Below, piece after piece: positions 39,771 to 48,513 of a stretch of 64,000 nt of DNA. The notes beneath the pieces are model-generated. The model saw only the letters and a program-made list of their open reading frames with translations, did no database searches and was not told the origin of the DNA. Source of the DNA: an uncultured Chloroflexia bacterium (lineage in GTDB: Bacteria > Chloroflexota > Anaerolineae > Anaerolineales > UBA11858); contig CAWGOD010000016.1 of NCBI GenBank assembly GCA_963824175.1, positions 43,103 to 107,102 of the forward strand, given 5' to 3'. The translations under genes were made by a program, and so were the position numbers. Numbering within the stretch: the stretch's first letter is position 1; the number at the start of each line of letters is the position of its first letter.

Positions 39771-39836
39771 GAATCAGTTCAAGGAGAGACGGAGGTCACA
39801 GCCGGGGTGATTGGCAAACTCCACACAAGGAATACT

Positions 39837-40599
39837 ATGTTCAAGAGAGCGATTGTCAGGACACCTGGGAAAAGTATAGTTCAGGGTTTATCGACTGCAA
39901 ATTTAGGAGTAGTGGATTATCCAAAAGCGCTGCTCCAGCATGCAGAATATATCAACGCCCTGGAATATTGCGGAGTGGAAGTATTGGTTCTACCCCCGGA
40001 TGAGGAGTTCCCTGACTGCCACCTTCGTGGAGGATGTGGCCTTGTTAACCCTCCATGGTGCCATCATCACCAATCCCGGCGCCCCTTCAAGAAAAGGGGA
40101 AACAGCTGGGATCAAAAAAGTGCTTGGAGATATCTTTTCAAATATTGAAGAGGTCAAGCATCCGGGTACGGTTGAAGCCGGAGATATCATGATGGTGGGT
40201 TCACATTTTTATATCGGGTTATCAGAAAGGACCAATCGAAATGGCGCGAAGCAGGTAATCGAAATCCTGGAAAGATACGGCCTGACCGGATCAACGATCG
40301 AGCTGGAAAAAGTGCTGCATCTAAAAACAGGCCTGGCCTATCTGGAGCGAAATAACCTGGTAGTCTGCGGTGAATTTGTCACTAAAGAAGAATTCCAAAA
40401 ATTTAACCTACTCGTGATACCGGAAGACGAAAGTTACGCTGCAAATTGCATCTGGGTCAATGGGCGGGTCATCTTGCCTCAAGGCTTTCCAAAAACCCGG
40501 GCAATCATTCAAAGCTGTGGTTACGAAATTGTAGAAGTAAATGTATCTGAATTTCAAAAACTGGATGGGGGACTAAGCTGCCTATCGCTTAGATTTTGA
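39837..40599 (+). CDS. Dimethylarginine dimethylaminohydrolase (DDAH)/amidinotransferase-fold enzyme, frame-disrupted near 40015
   Basis: [13 protein letters not shown]...EEFPD joins [10 protein letters not shown]...[10 protein letters not shown] (catalytic Cys) if one base at GAC[T]GCC is removed. Length is 3n+1. Confidence 0.8.
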
Positions 40600-40610
40600 G
40601 GAGGAATAGG

Positions 40611-41313
40611 ATGAGTATTCACATCAGCGCCAAGGCAGGGGAAATTGCCTCTACCGTTCTTATGCCTGGCGATCCTTTACGGGCCAAATTCATCGCCAAT
40701 ACATTCTTGGAAGATGTGATCTGTTTTAACGAGGTTAGGGGGATGTTAGGTTTTACCGGCTATTACGGTGAGAAACAGATCTCAGTCATGGGCAGCGGCA
40801 TGGGTATTCCGACCCTGAGCATCTACGTTCAACGAGCTGGTAAAAGAATATGGCGTTCAATCGATAATCCGGGTTGGAACATGCGGCGCTCTCCAGGCCG
40901 ATCTACAGATCGGCGATCTTGTGCTGGCGATGACAGCTTCAACAGATTCAAATATCAACAAACTTCGTTTTAATGGCATGGATTTCGCTCCGGCAGCTGA
41001 CTTTGGTCTGCTGCTAAAAGCTTATCAGGCCGCCCAGCGCCGTGAGATCGAGGTCCAGGTTGGGAGCACCTTTTCAGGAGACAGCTTTTATAGCGATGAT
41101 CCTGAGTGGTGGAAGATCTGGGCGGAACACAATTCCCTGGTTTGTGATATGGAAACCAATGGCCTATATAGCCTGGCTGCAAAGTTAAATGTAAAAGCTC
41201 TGGCAATACTCACGGTCAGTGACAGCCTGGTTACTCATGAGGAATCCCCTGCGGAACAGCGGGAAAAAGGTTTTTCCTTAATGGCTGAGATCGCACTAGA
41301 GATCGCGCCTTAA
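40611..41313 (+). CDS. deoD: Purine nucleoside phosphorylase, DeoD type, frame-disrupted near 40830
   Basis: [27 protein letters not shown]...[11 protein letters not shown] joins [21 protein letters not shown]...DMET... if one base at GTT[C]AAC is removed. RBS GAGGAGG. Length is 3n+1. Confidence 0.88.
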
Positions 41314-41372
41314 TCCACCTCAAAACTTGATCCAAAACTGATACTATTAAGGAAACATATACCGGAGGAATT

Positions 41373-42038
41373 ATGAATATCTCCAAAAAGACCCTGATAT
41401 TAATTTGTGCCGGAGTTCTAATACTGACGACACTTGCCTGCACTAGTTTGGATTCGATACTCCCGAATACAAAGGTGGATGATAGTGAAGATACATTTAA
41501 GTTTTCGGATGATTTTTCTCAAGAAAACTCTGGATGGGAGATCGGTTCCTTTGATGGTGGTGGGATCGGCTATACCGGAGGGATATACTTTGTATCGTCT
41601 ACTGGAAGCGGCAATACAATGTGGGGTGCTGCTGGAAGGTCATTTGAGGATGTGATTATTGATGTAGATGCCGAACAGGTCAGCGCCCCGCCAAATAATA
41701 ATAACGATTATGGGATCGCCTGCCGGCTGCAGCAAGATGGTGGTGGATATTATGGACTGATCTCTGGAGATGGTTTTTATTCCATCCTGCGGGAAAGCGG
41801 CGGTGATAATTACGATATCCTGGTGGACTGGAAGGAATCCAAGCACATCCGACAAGGCAATAGCCAGAACCATCTGGGTTTATCGTGTGTGGGTTCGAAG
41901 ATCTCCCTTTTTGTAAACGGTCAACTGCTCGCTGAAACCAGTGACTCCTTGTACGATTCGGGGGATATCGGTTTTACCGCCACGTCCTATGAGCTGGAAG
42001 GAACAGAAGTACATTTTGATAATGTAACGGTGAGGTAA
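41373..42038 (+). CDS. Lipoprotein with a probable concanavalin/LamG-like beta-sandwich domain
   Basis: 221 aa with signal and lipobox LILTTLAC. The fold assignment is a guess from the beta-rich G/D/S pattern. Confidence 0.5.
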   Translation: MNISKKTLILICAGVLILTTLACTSLDSILPNTKVDDSEDTFKFSDDFSQENSGWEIGSFDGGGIGYTGGIYFVSSTGSGNTMWGAAGRSFEDVIIDVDAEQVSAPPNNNNDYGIACRLQQDGGGYYGLISGDGFYSILRESGGDNYDILVDWKESKHIRQGNSQNHLGLSCVGSKISLFVNGQLLAETSDSLYDSGDIGFTATSYELEGTEVHFDNVTVR

Positions 42039-42047
42039 GGAAGAATT

Positions 42048-42063
42048 TAGACGGAGGACGGAG
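42048..42063. repeat. Heptamer block TAGACGG AGGACGG AG (GACGGARGACGG family)
   Basis: Matches 14/15 to AGACGGAAGACGGAG at 196-210. It lies 10 nt after the lipoprotein stop. Confidence 0.5.
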
Positions 42064-42103
42064 TTCAAAGTTAGCAATAAACTCAATGGTCGCTGATATT
42101 TAA

Positions 42104-42139
42104 TCGACTTACTACTTAGAAGTTACAACTTACTTACCC
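42104..42139. repeat. TCGACTTACTACTT motif followed by heptamer-like CTTAGAA GTTACAA CTTACTT ACCC
   Basis: Direct reading. Related to 3534-3557, 13219-13232 and 42311-42326. Confidence 0.5.
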
Positions 42140-42164
42140 TTTAACAAATATATTTCTGGATAAC

Positions 42165-42192
42165 AAAAACCCTCTCTTTAGGGAGGGTTTTT
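42165..42192 (+). terminator. Rho-independent terminator (AAAAACCCTC-loop-GAGGGTTTTT)
   Basis: 10-bp stem with its A/T runs, downstream of the lipoprotein gene. Confidence 0.7.
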
Positions 42193-42310
42193 GCGTTAAG
42201 CCAATCACAAATCAGCCCTCTAAAAATGACAGGTGTCATCAATTCTGTCATTCTCCGGATAATTAGATTGTCATCCCTTTTCTTCTTATTGATAATAGAT
42301 TGAGCAATAC

Positions 42311-42326
42311 CAATTACTACTTACTA
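42311..42326. repeat. CAATTACTACTTACTA copy of the CTTACTA heptamer motif
   Basis: Direct reading, 47 nt upstream of the SDR gene start. Confidence 0.4.
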
Positions 42327-42372
42327 AATCTGACCCCTCGTTTCGACTAATATTTCAAATCGGATAACAAAT

Positions 42373-43810
42373 ATGGGTAACAGTAAAAAAAACATCTTCC
42401 TTACCGGCGCTTCCGGAAATATGGGACGGCATGGCATGGAGGAACTACTGAAGCGGGAAGATCGTTTTGAGATCACTGCTCTGGTCCTGCCAACCGAAAA
42501 AGATCGGCAGATCATGGAACCCTATATCAACCGCGGCGTAAATGTTGATCTGGGGAGACCTGACCTGTTATGAAGACGTCCTGGAAGGCGTCAAAGGGGC
42601 AGATTATGTTCTCCATGTGGGCGGCATGGTCTCTCCTCTGGCTGATTCCATGCCAGAACTGACCATGAAAGTGAATGTTGGGGGAGCAAAGAATATCGTC
42701 CGTGCAGTTCAGGCCCAGCCCGATCCGGATCATATCAAACTTGTTTACATCGGTACTGTAGCTCAAACCGGCAATCGTCCTGCGCCAATTCACTGGGGCC
42801 GGGTAGGCGACCCGATCAAGATCAGCACATTTGATACCTATGCTCTCAGTAAAACAATGGCAGAGCAGCTTATTATTGAATCTGGGCTGAAGAACTGGGT
42901 TTCCTTGCGGCAAACTGGCATCGCCCGGATGGCTGCTGCGGAAGCGATTGATCCAATTACTTTCCACACCACCCTTGACGGTGTCCTGGAATGGATCACT
43001 CCCAAAGATTCTGGTCGTTTGTTGGCCAATGTTTGTGAGGACTCGGTCCCGGATGAATTCTGGGGAAATATCTACAATATCGGCGGCGGTTCCCCCAACC
43101 GGCTTACTAATCTGGAATTATTTGAGAAGATGCTGGGCGCCACCGGCATCAAGGATTACCAGGAAGTTCTCGAGCCTAATTGGTTTGCCTTGCGGAACTT
43201 CCACGGCCAATGGTTTTCAGATTCAGATCACCTGGAATCGATCGTGCCCTATCGTGAACAAACCTTTGACCAATATCTGGAAGAACAAATTCCCGATATC
43301 CCCTGGTATGTCCGGCTAGGCAGCGCTTTGCCTACTATTGTCAGGCGCAAATTTGAACAGGTAGCACGGGGACCACGGGGGACTTTGAACTGGATCGCAC
43401 AAGGTGATATCACTCACATCAAAACATATTTCGGTTCTCTGAACCTCTGGCAAACCATCCGCGGCTGGGATAGCATTGACCTCAAAAGACCTACCGATAC
43501 TGCCCTTCGGTTGGATCACGGCTACGACGAAGAGAAACCCCGGGGATCATTTACAATCAAGGATGCTCTGGAAGCCGCCTTGTTCAGAGGTGGCGTATGC
43601 CTGTCCACTCATATGGTCCGCGGAGACTGGCGGTCTCCCTTGCATTGGCGCTGTCATGAAGGTCATGAATTCCCCGCCAGTCTTAACCTGATCCTCAAAG
43701 GGGGGCACTGGTGCCCGTTCTGCATAGCAGATACTGATTCTTACAGCAAATTATCCAGCCACAGCCCCTTCTTCCATCAAGTCTGGGAACCGGATCTGGT
43801 TGCAGGGTAG
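42373..43810 (+). CDS. NAD(P)-dependent epimerase/dehydratase-family (SDR) protein with a C-terminal Cys/His zinc-ribbon-like tail, frame-disrupted near 42540
   Basis: Rossmann motif IFLTGASGNMG. Fragments 42373-42573 and 42542-43810 join as ...NRGV|MLIWGDLTCYEDV... if one A of GTAAATG is removed. The tail is HWRCHEGHEFPASLNLILKGGHWCPFC. Length is 3n+1. Confidence 0.75.
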
Positions 43811-43832
43811 TTAAACAGGGGATGAGGGATAG

Positions 43833-43845
43833 AGGACGGAAGACT
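43833..43845. repeat. GAGGACGGAAGAC copy of the GACGGARGAC repeat
   Basis: Lies 23 nt after the SDR gene stop, in the same orientation as the copy at 42048-42063. Confidence 0.45.
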
Positions 43846-43849
43846 GCTC

Positions 43850-44479
43850 TCAATCCAAAGCTTCGATATTAACCAGAATCTTCCTGCGGGGAGTGAAGAA
43901 AACACGATAGTTCCGGCCGTTTTCTAGAACTCCTATGGCGTTTTGCTTGACACTGAATCGTTGATCTGCGACAACATAATACGTTCTTGTTGTCGTTGAG
44001 CCGTCATCATCTTTTGAGGTCGTGATTTTTTTCCATCCGGGACCTTCTAAACTATCAACCTTTCCACTAACCAAATCTAAAATTGTTAGGACCAATCTAT
44101 ATAAACCGAACAGAGATACCAGCAATAAAACTCCCCCAAAGAGCAGCAAACCTTGAGGTATATTTGATAAAACCTCATTCCAGGGTAATCCTCCTGCTGC
44201 GATCTTTTTGAAGAAACCCTTGCTGGTAAAGTTGATAACCCACAACACCTCCCGGGATCAGGACCAAGCTCAAGGAAACCAGCAAGGGTGAGATCAATGA
44301 ACCCAGCTGTCCCTGAGCAAGCTCTCCCCTAGCGTTATCAGCCAGATAACTCAAATCAAATCGATTAGCTTGAGCTAGGGCGTTGTCAGAGCCCCAGCAG
44401 TCATATCAGACTTCTGATCACTGCGGAAATCATCCGAACCCAAACTATATACATCGATTTTTTTCTTCCTGTTTGCCAC
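43850..44479 (-). CDS. Hypothetical two-TM membrane protein; N-terminal part appears frame-disrupted
   Basis: Intact ORF 43850-44248 (132 aa, one TM helix plus a beta-rich tail). Upstream pieces (VANRKKKIDVYSLGSDDF..., ...SDNALAQANRFDLSYLADNARGELAQGQLGSLISPLLVSLSLVLIPGG...) follow an AGGAGG RBS and the GTG at 44479 in other frames. The reconstruction is tentative. Confidence 0.45.
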
Positions 44480-44660
44480 AATCGCACCTCCTATCCTTTC
44501 AATTAGCTATCTATTAATTATAAGCAGGTTTATTAGCTATTATATTAATATAGATTAATACCCTTATATCTGCCCTTTAAAATCAGCACTCTTAAAAAGG
44601 AAGACTAAAAAACACCACTCATTTGAGAAGCCCGCAACGCCAGATTGCTTTCTATGAGAT

Positions 44661-44688
44661 AAAAAAAACCGCCAATGGCGGTTTTTTT
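44661..44688. terminator. Bidirectional terminator (A8-AACCGCC-AAT-GGCGGTT-T7) directly after tRNA-Leu
   Basis: 7-bp GC-rich stem flanked by an A-run and a T-run. Confidence 0.8.
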
Positions 44689-44689
44689 G

Positions 44690-44772
44690 TGCGCTGGGCG
44701 GGAATCGAACCCGCACGCCCTAGGGGCATATGGCCCTCAACCATACCTGTCTGCCAGTTCCAGCACCAGCGC
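44690..44772 (-). tRNA. tRNA-Leu (anticodon GAG), type II, no encoded CCA
   Basis: Reverse complement GCGCTGG-TG-CTG..CAG-G-TATGG-TTGAGGG-CCATA, with variable arm GCCC-CTA-GGGC, T arm GCGGG-TTCGATT-CCCGC, acceptor CCAGCGC and discriminator A. Confidence 0.9.
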
Positions 44773-44878
44773 ATTCCCTTCCCCTGAAGATTTCCTACAC
44801 TCCTCAGGGAGGCAGTGGTATTATAATCTTCCAGAGAGCCTTGTCAAGACAAATGAAATCCCCCTGAGGAGAACAGCC

Positions 44879-45889
44879 ATGGCAATCGTCCTAGATGCGA
44901 TGGGGAGTGATAATTTCCCACACCCGGAAGTAGAAGCAGCTTATCAGGCTGCTGCAGAACTGGATACCAAGATCTTCCTGGTTGGACAGGAAGAAAGGAT
45001 CAAACCCTTGATCACTGATCAAAGTGATCCCCGGGTTGAACTGGTCCACGCCCCTGAAATTTTAGAAATGGGAGACAAACCAGCCCGCAATGCTCGTCGT
45101 AAGGCAGATAACTCAATGGCGATCGGAATGGATATGGTCAAAGAGGGAAAAGCTGATGCATTTGTCACCGCAGGAAATACCGGGGGTGCAATGGCCAACG
45201 GATTATTTCGTCTGGGCCGCATTCAGGGAATCAAACGGCCAGCTCTTACAACAGTACTTCCCACAAGAACTGGCTTTTCCATCGCAGTAGATATTGGGGC
45301 TAATGCGGATTGTAAACCCCTCTTCTTGCTCCAATTTGGAGTCATGGGATCAATCTATGCTGAAAAAGTACTGGGTATCAAAAACCCAAGGGTAGCCTTG
45401 CTCTCCAATGGCGAGGAAGAAGGCAAAGGTAATTCCTTGGTAAAGGAAGCTTTTCCGTTATTTAAGGAAAGCAACTTGAATTTTGTCGGCAACGCTGAGC
45501 CCAAAGAACTATTCAGCGGAGAAGTCGATGTGATCGTGCATGATGGTTTCACCGGAAATGTAATGATCAAAACCAGCGAAGCGGTTTCCAAATTATTACT
45601 CGAGGTTATGAAAGAGGAATTATCCAGCAGCCTTATAACCAAGATTGGAGCCGGATTGGCTATGCCAGCTTTCCGTAATCTACGCAAAGTGATGGATCCT
45701 CGTCAAATTGGCGCTGCTCCTTTACTTGGGATCGATGGCCTGGTTTTTGTAGGCCACGGACGGTCCGATGCTCTCGCTCTGGTTAATTCCATAAAACGGG
45801 CCAAACAGGCTATTGACGCAGGGCTGCTGCCCAGCATTAAAGGGGCTATTCAAACCCAACTATCAACACCAGCGGTAGGAGAAAAATAA
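44879..45889 (+). CDS. plsX: Phosphate acyltransferase PlsX
   Basis: MAIVLDAMGSDNFPHPEVEAA...VTAGNTGG...VHDGFTGNVMIK...PLLGIDGLVFVGHGRS. ATG 44879 follows GAGGAG. The track ORF's 5' extension (from 44675) runs through tRNA-Leu and is spurious. Confidence 0.92.
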   Translation: MAIVLDAMGSDNFPHPEVEAAYQAAAELDTKIFLVGQEERIKPLITDQSDPRVELVHAPEILEMGDKPARNARRKADNSMAIGMDMVKEGKADAFVTAGNTGGAMANGLFRLGRIQGIKRPALTTVLPTRTGFSIAVDIGANADCKPLFLLQFGVMGSIYAEKVLGIKNPRVALLSNGEEEGKGNSLVKEAFPLFKESNLNFVGNAEPKELFSGEVDVIVHDGFTGNVMIKTSEAVSKLLLEVMKEELSSSLITKIGAGLAMPAFRNLRKVMDPRQIGAAPLLGIDGLVFVGHGRSDALALVNSIKRAKQAIDAGLLPSIKGAIQTQLSTPAVGEK

Positions 45890-45892
45890 TCC

Positions 45893-46596
45893 ATGATCAT
45901 CGTCCGCAATGAAAAATTAGTGACCCGCAACAATCGGATCGGCACTTACAGTGGGATCATATCAATTATCATCCTTGGCGCAGGTATGTATATCAGCTTT
46001 AAGTATCCAGATCTGATATCCTGGTCAGTCATCGCATTAGCAGCTAGGATTCACACTCTCCCAGGTTGGTATCTTTTATTCCAATCGTTTCGGTCGATCA
46101 CCGAGACCAGATGAAACATTGGACAGCGCCTTTAAAAGGCTTGGATGACCAGTTTGCCCTCTACCATTACCAGAGCCCAGTTACCCATTTACTGGTTGGT
46201 CCCGCTGGATTGTGGATTCTTTTCCCTTTTCCTCAGAAAGGTAAAATCATCTATAACGAGAAAAAAGGACGCTGGAAAAAAGTAGGCGGAAATGCTTACC
46301 TGAAGTTTTTTGCCCAGGACAACATTGGCTCACCGGATAAAGAGATCACCAGCAGCACGAACCGGCTGCATAAAGCACTGACAAGGATCCCTGATTTTGA
46401 AATTCCAGAGATCAGATCAGCTCTTGTTTTTTCTAACGAAAATGCCATTGTAGAGGCCGAAAACGCCCCAGTGCCGACCCTGCACGCCAGGCAATTGAAA
46501 AAACTCATCCGCAAGGAAGCTAAGGGAGATCATACCCTTCCCACTTCAACCGTTAAAACAATCCAGGATTATCTCGGATTGAAGTCCATTGAGTAA
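45893..46596 (+). pseudogene. Membrane-anchored NERD-like (nuclease-related domain) protein, two +1 shifts (about 46045 and 46128)
   Basis: The N-terminal TM part is in frame 2. The middle part LGFTLSQVGIFYSNRFGRSPRPDETLDSAFK is only in frame 3. The remainder, ...LDDQFALYHYQSPVTHLLVGPAGLWIL..., is in frame 1. Length is 3n+2. The family call is moderate. Confidence 0.55.
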
Positions 46597-46599
46597 TAC

Positions 46600-46632
46600 A
46601 GGGATTGAGTCCTTTTGAAGGACTCAATCCCT
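46600..46632. repeat. REP-like hairpin, copy 4 (AGGGATTGAGTCCTT-TTG-AAGGACTCAATCCCT)
   Basis: Perfect 15-bp arms starting 4 nt after the stop at 46596. Confidence 0.75.
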
Positions 46633-46677
46633 TAACTAAAAAACAGCCTGGTGTTCACCAGGCTGTTTTTAGTTAAG
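46631..46677. terminator. Long bidirectional terminator hairpin (CTTAACTAAAAAACAGCCTGGTG-TT-CACCAGGCTGTTTTTAGTTAAG)
   Basis: About 22-bp stem with one bulged A, between the convergent gene ends at 46596 and 46688. Confidence 0.8.
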
Positions 46678-46687
46678 GGGGTTTGGT

Positions 46688-47725
46688 TTAGCCGTTCAGG
46701 AAAGCCATTAATGCTTCTTTGCTGATCCGGAAAGCTTTGCCAAGTTTTTTACCTTTCAGGTCACCGGCTTCAAGGGCTGCCAGGACATCCTCTTCAGATA
46801 CTTTTAGGTACTGAGCTGCTTCCCCAGGGCTCATCACATCCGGCATACCAGCCGCTGCGCCGCCTGCTGCTGCGCCGCCACTACCCATTCCCTGAAGGGA
46901 CTGCTGGAGGATATTTCCCACTCCCATTCCAGCTCCAATACCTGCGGTCAATCCAGCTCCACCACTGGGATTCTGGGCTGCTTCCAGCAGCGCATCGGCT
47001 GCCTGCAGGCGAGTGTAAGTATCCATATCCAACACACCCATGTCCCTGAGCTCTTGGACGGATTCCGTAGAAGGCATCAAGTTAGCGATCAGGAAAGTCT
47101 TTAATTCGAGGCCGAGGGCTTTGAATTGATCACTGGCTTTAGCCCGGACTGAGGCACTGAGTTCGTTCAGCATGCCCACCAGGTTTGTAATATCGTTTGT
47201 GCGAGCGGTTTCACCTAAAAGATCCGATAAATTCGTCAGCAGGATATGTCGGAGTCGAGTCTCAATATCCGCGGTGCGGAAAATGCCTCGCGCGCCTACT
47301 AACTGGGTCACAAATTGCTGAGGTTCTGAAATCTGGTAACCGTAAGTACCAAAACCTTTCAGAAGTGCCACGCCCAGTCCCATACCAGGGTTTTTGACGA
47401 TGATCGGTTGGGGAGTGCCCCATTTTTCATCCGGCATTTCCCTGCGAGATACAAAATAAACCTCTGCTGGGAAAGGTGTTTTTTCATCAAAAGCCTTTTT
47501 GACCAGGTCGATTAAAAGTGGAATGTTCGCGGTCGTAATGGTATGGCGGCCGGGGCCAAATACATCCAAAGCTTTTCCATCCCGGAAAAATACTGCTGTC
47601 TGGGATTCCCGGACAATTACCTGGGATCCTATCCTGAAATCACCGGCTTCTCCTTCCGGGAAGCGGTGGATCAGTTCATCCTTCATTTCATTCGGGTATT
47701 CAATTACATCAAAAATTCTGGCCAT
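46688..47725 (-). CDS. SPFH/band-7-like protein (YdjI / COG4260 type) with Gly/Ala-rich linker and C-terminal excisionase-type HTH
   Basis: 345 aa. The N-terminus IEYPNEMKDELIHRFPEG...SQVIVRESQTAVFFRDGKALDVFGPGRH is typical of the YdjI-like family. The tail MSPGEAAQYLKVSEEDVLAALEAGDLKGKKLGKAFRISKEAL looks like an HTH_17/MerR-superfamily helix-turn-helix. Confidence 0.75.
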   Translation of the reverse strand: MARIFDVIEYPNEMKDELIHRFPEGEAGDFRIGSQVIVRESQTAVFFRDGKALDVFGPGRHTITTANIPLLIDLVKKAFDEKTPFPAEVYFVSRREMPDEKWGTPQPIIVKNPGMGLGVALLKGFGTYGYQISEPQQFVTQLVGARGIFRTADIETRLRHILLTNLSDLLGETARTNDITNLVGMLNELSASVRAKASDQFKALGLELKTFLIANLMPSTESVQELRDMGVLDMDTYTRLQAADALLEAAQNPSGGAGLTAGIGAGMGVGNILQQSLQGMGSGGAAAGGAAAGMPDVMSPGEAAQYLKVSEEDVLAALEAGDLKGKKLGKAFRISKEALMAFLNG

Positions 47726-47756
47726 TGAGTACTCTCCTCTTTAATAGCTTTGTTAA

Positions 47757-48308
47757 TTATTCGCTGGGAATTAGATCATCTCCCGGGATTTCCTCCTCAC
47801 GGGTGATTTCATCTTTTCGCTGATCCGCCTTGGTGACCATTTCCTGGGCAGCATTTTTCAGAGATGCAATAAAACCCTTGATCTGGTCTTCTTCAACTGC
47901 CGAGGCTAAGCTTTCCAAGGTTGTTTTAATGCCATCGATGCCGTCCATCATAGACTGGTCATAATCATAGAGTCGTTCCAGTTTTTCCGCGTCAATCTTT
48001 ATCACAGAAAAGAAACTTGAATAACCATAAGTGGCATGTCGAATGCGGTCAATAAAGGTCCGGATCTTGGTCGCGATACCTTCCATGTCATCAACGTAAT
48101 TCAGGTCACCGCGATCCACAAACTCGGTCATAATACCTGTAAGTCTGTCCAGTTCTTCCTGGTAGCGATCTGCAACAACATCACGGACCATCTTATCTGC
48201 AGTGCGCCTATCTTCCAATTCGATATAACCTTTAAAACCGGGAATCTTGAGGAGCAATTCTTTTAACTTGCCCCGCTCTGATTCAATTTGCCCCTGGAAA
48301 TCACTCAT
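47757..48308 (-). CDS. Hypothetical all-helical protein, probable operon partner of the SPFH protein
   Basis: Intact 183-aa ORF 31 nt upstream of the SPFH gene, predicted helical/acidic. No family recognised. Confidence 0.55.
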   Translation of the reverse strand: MSDFQGQIESERGKLKELLLKIPGFKGYIELEDRRTADKMVRDVVADRYQEELDRLTGIMTEFVDRGDLNYVDDMEGIATKIRTFIDRIRHATYGYSSFFSVIKIDAEKLERLYDYDQSMMDGIDGIKTTLESLASAVEEDQIKGFIASLKNAAQEMVTKADQRKDEITREEEIPGDDLIPSE

Positions 48309-48447
48309 TTTTCCTCCTCTGTGGAAAAACTAATTCTGGATTTTATTATACATGATATTCAGTTCCCCCCTCACAGTGGAAGGGCGATTTAATAGAAGTT
48401 TAATACCTCTGCTAAAGGGTGAACTCCATTAAAATAAACCCTTTACC

Positions 48448-48475
48448 TTGCCCTTGAGGGCTGGTGGTTTATAAT
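48448..48475 (+). promoter_or_regulatory. Candidate promoter TTGCCC-16-TATAAT for the aldolase gene
   Basis: -35 at 48448-48453 and -10 at 48470-48475, about 38 nt before ATG 48514 (RBS GAGGAG). Confidence 0.45.
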
Positions 48476-48513
48476 GTATCCGAGTTATGGCCTACTGATA
48501 TTGAGGAGAAATT

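Noticed and set aside
44675-44878. 5' extension of the plsX ORF (track start 44675).
   Set aside because: The extension runs through the complement of tRNA-Leu and its terminator. A proper RBS (GAGGAG) and the canonical PlsX N-terminus begin at 44879.
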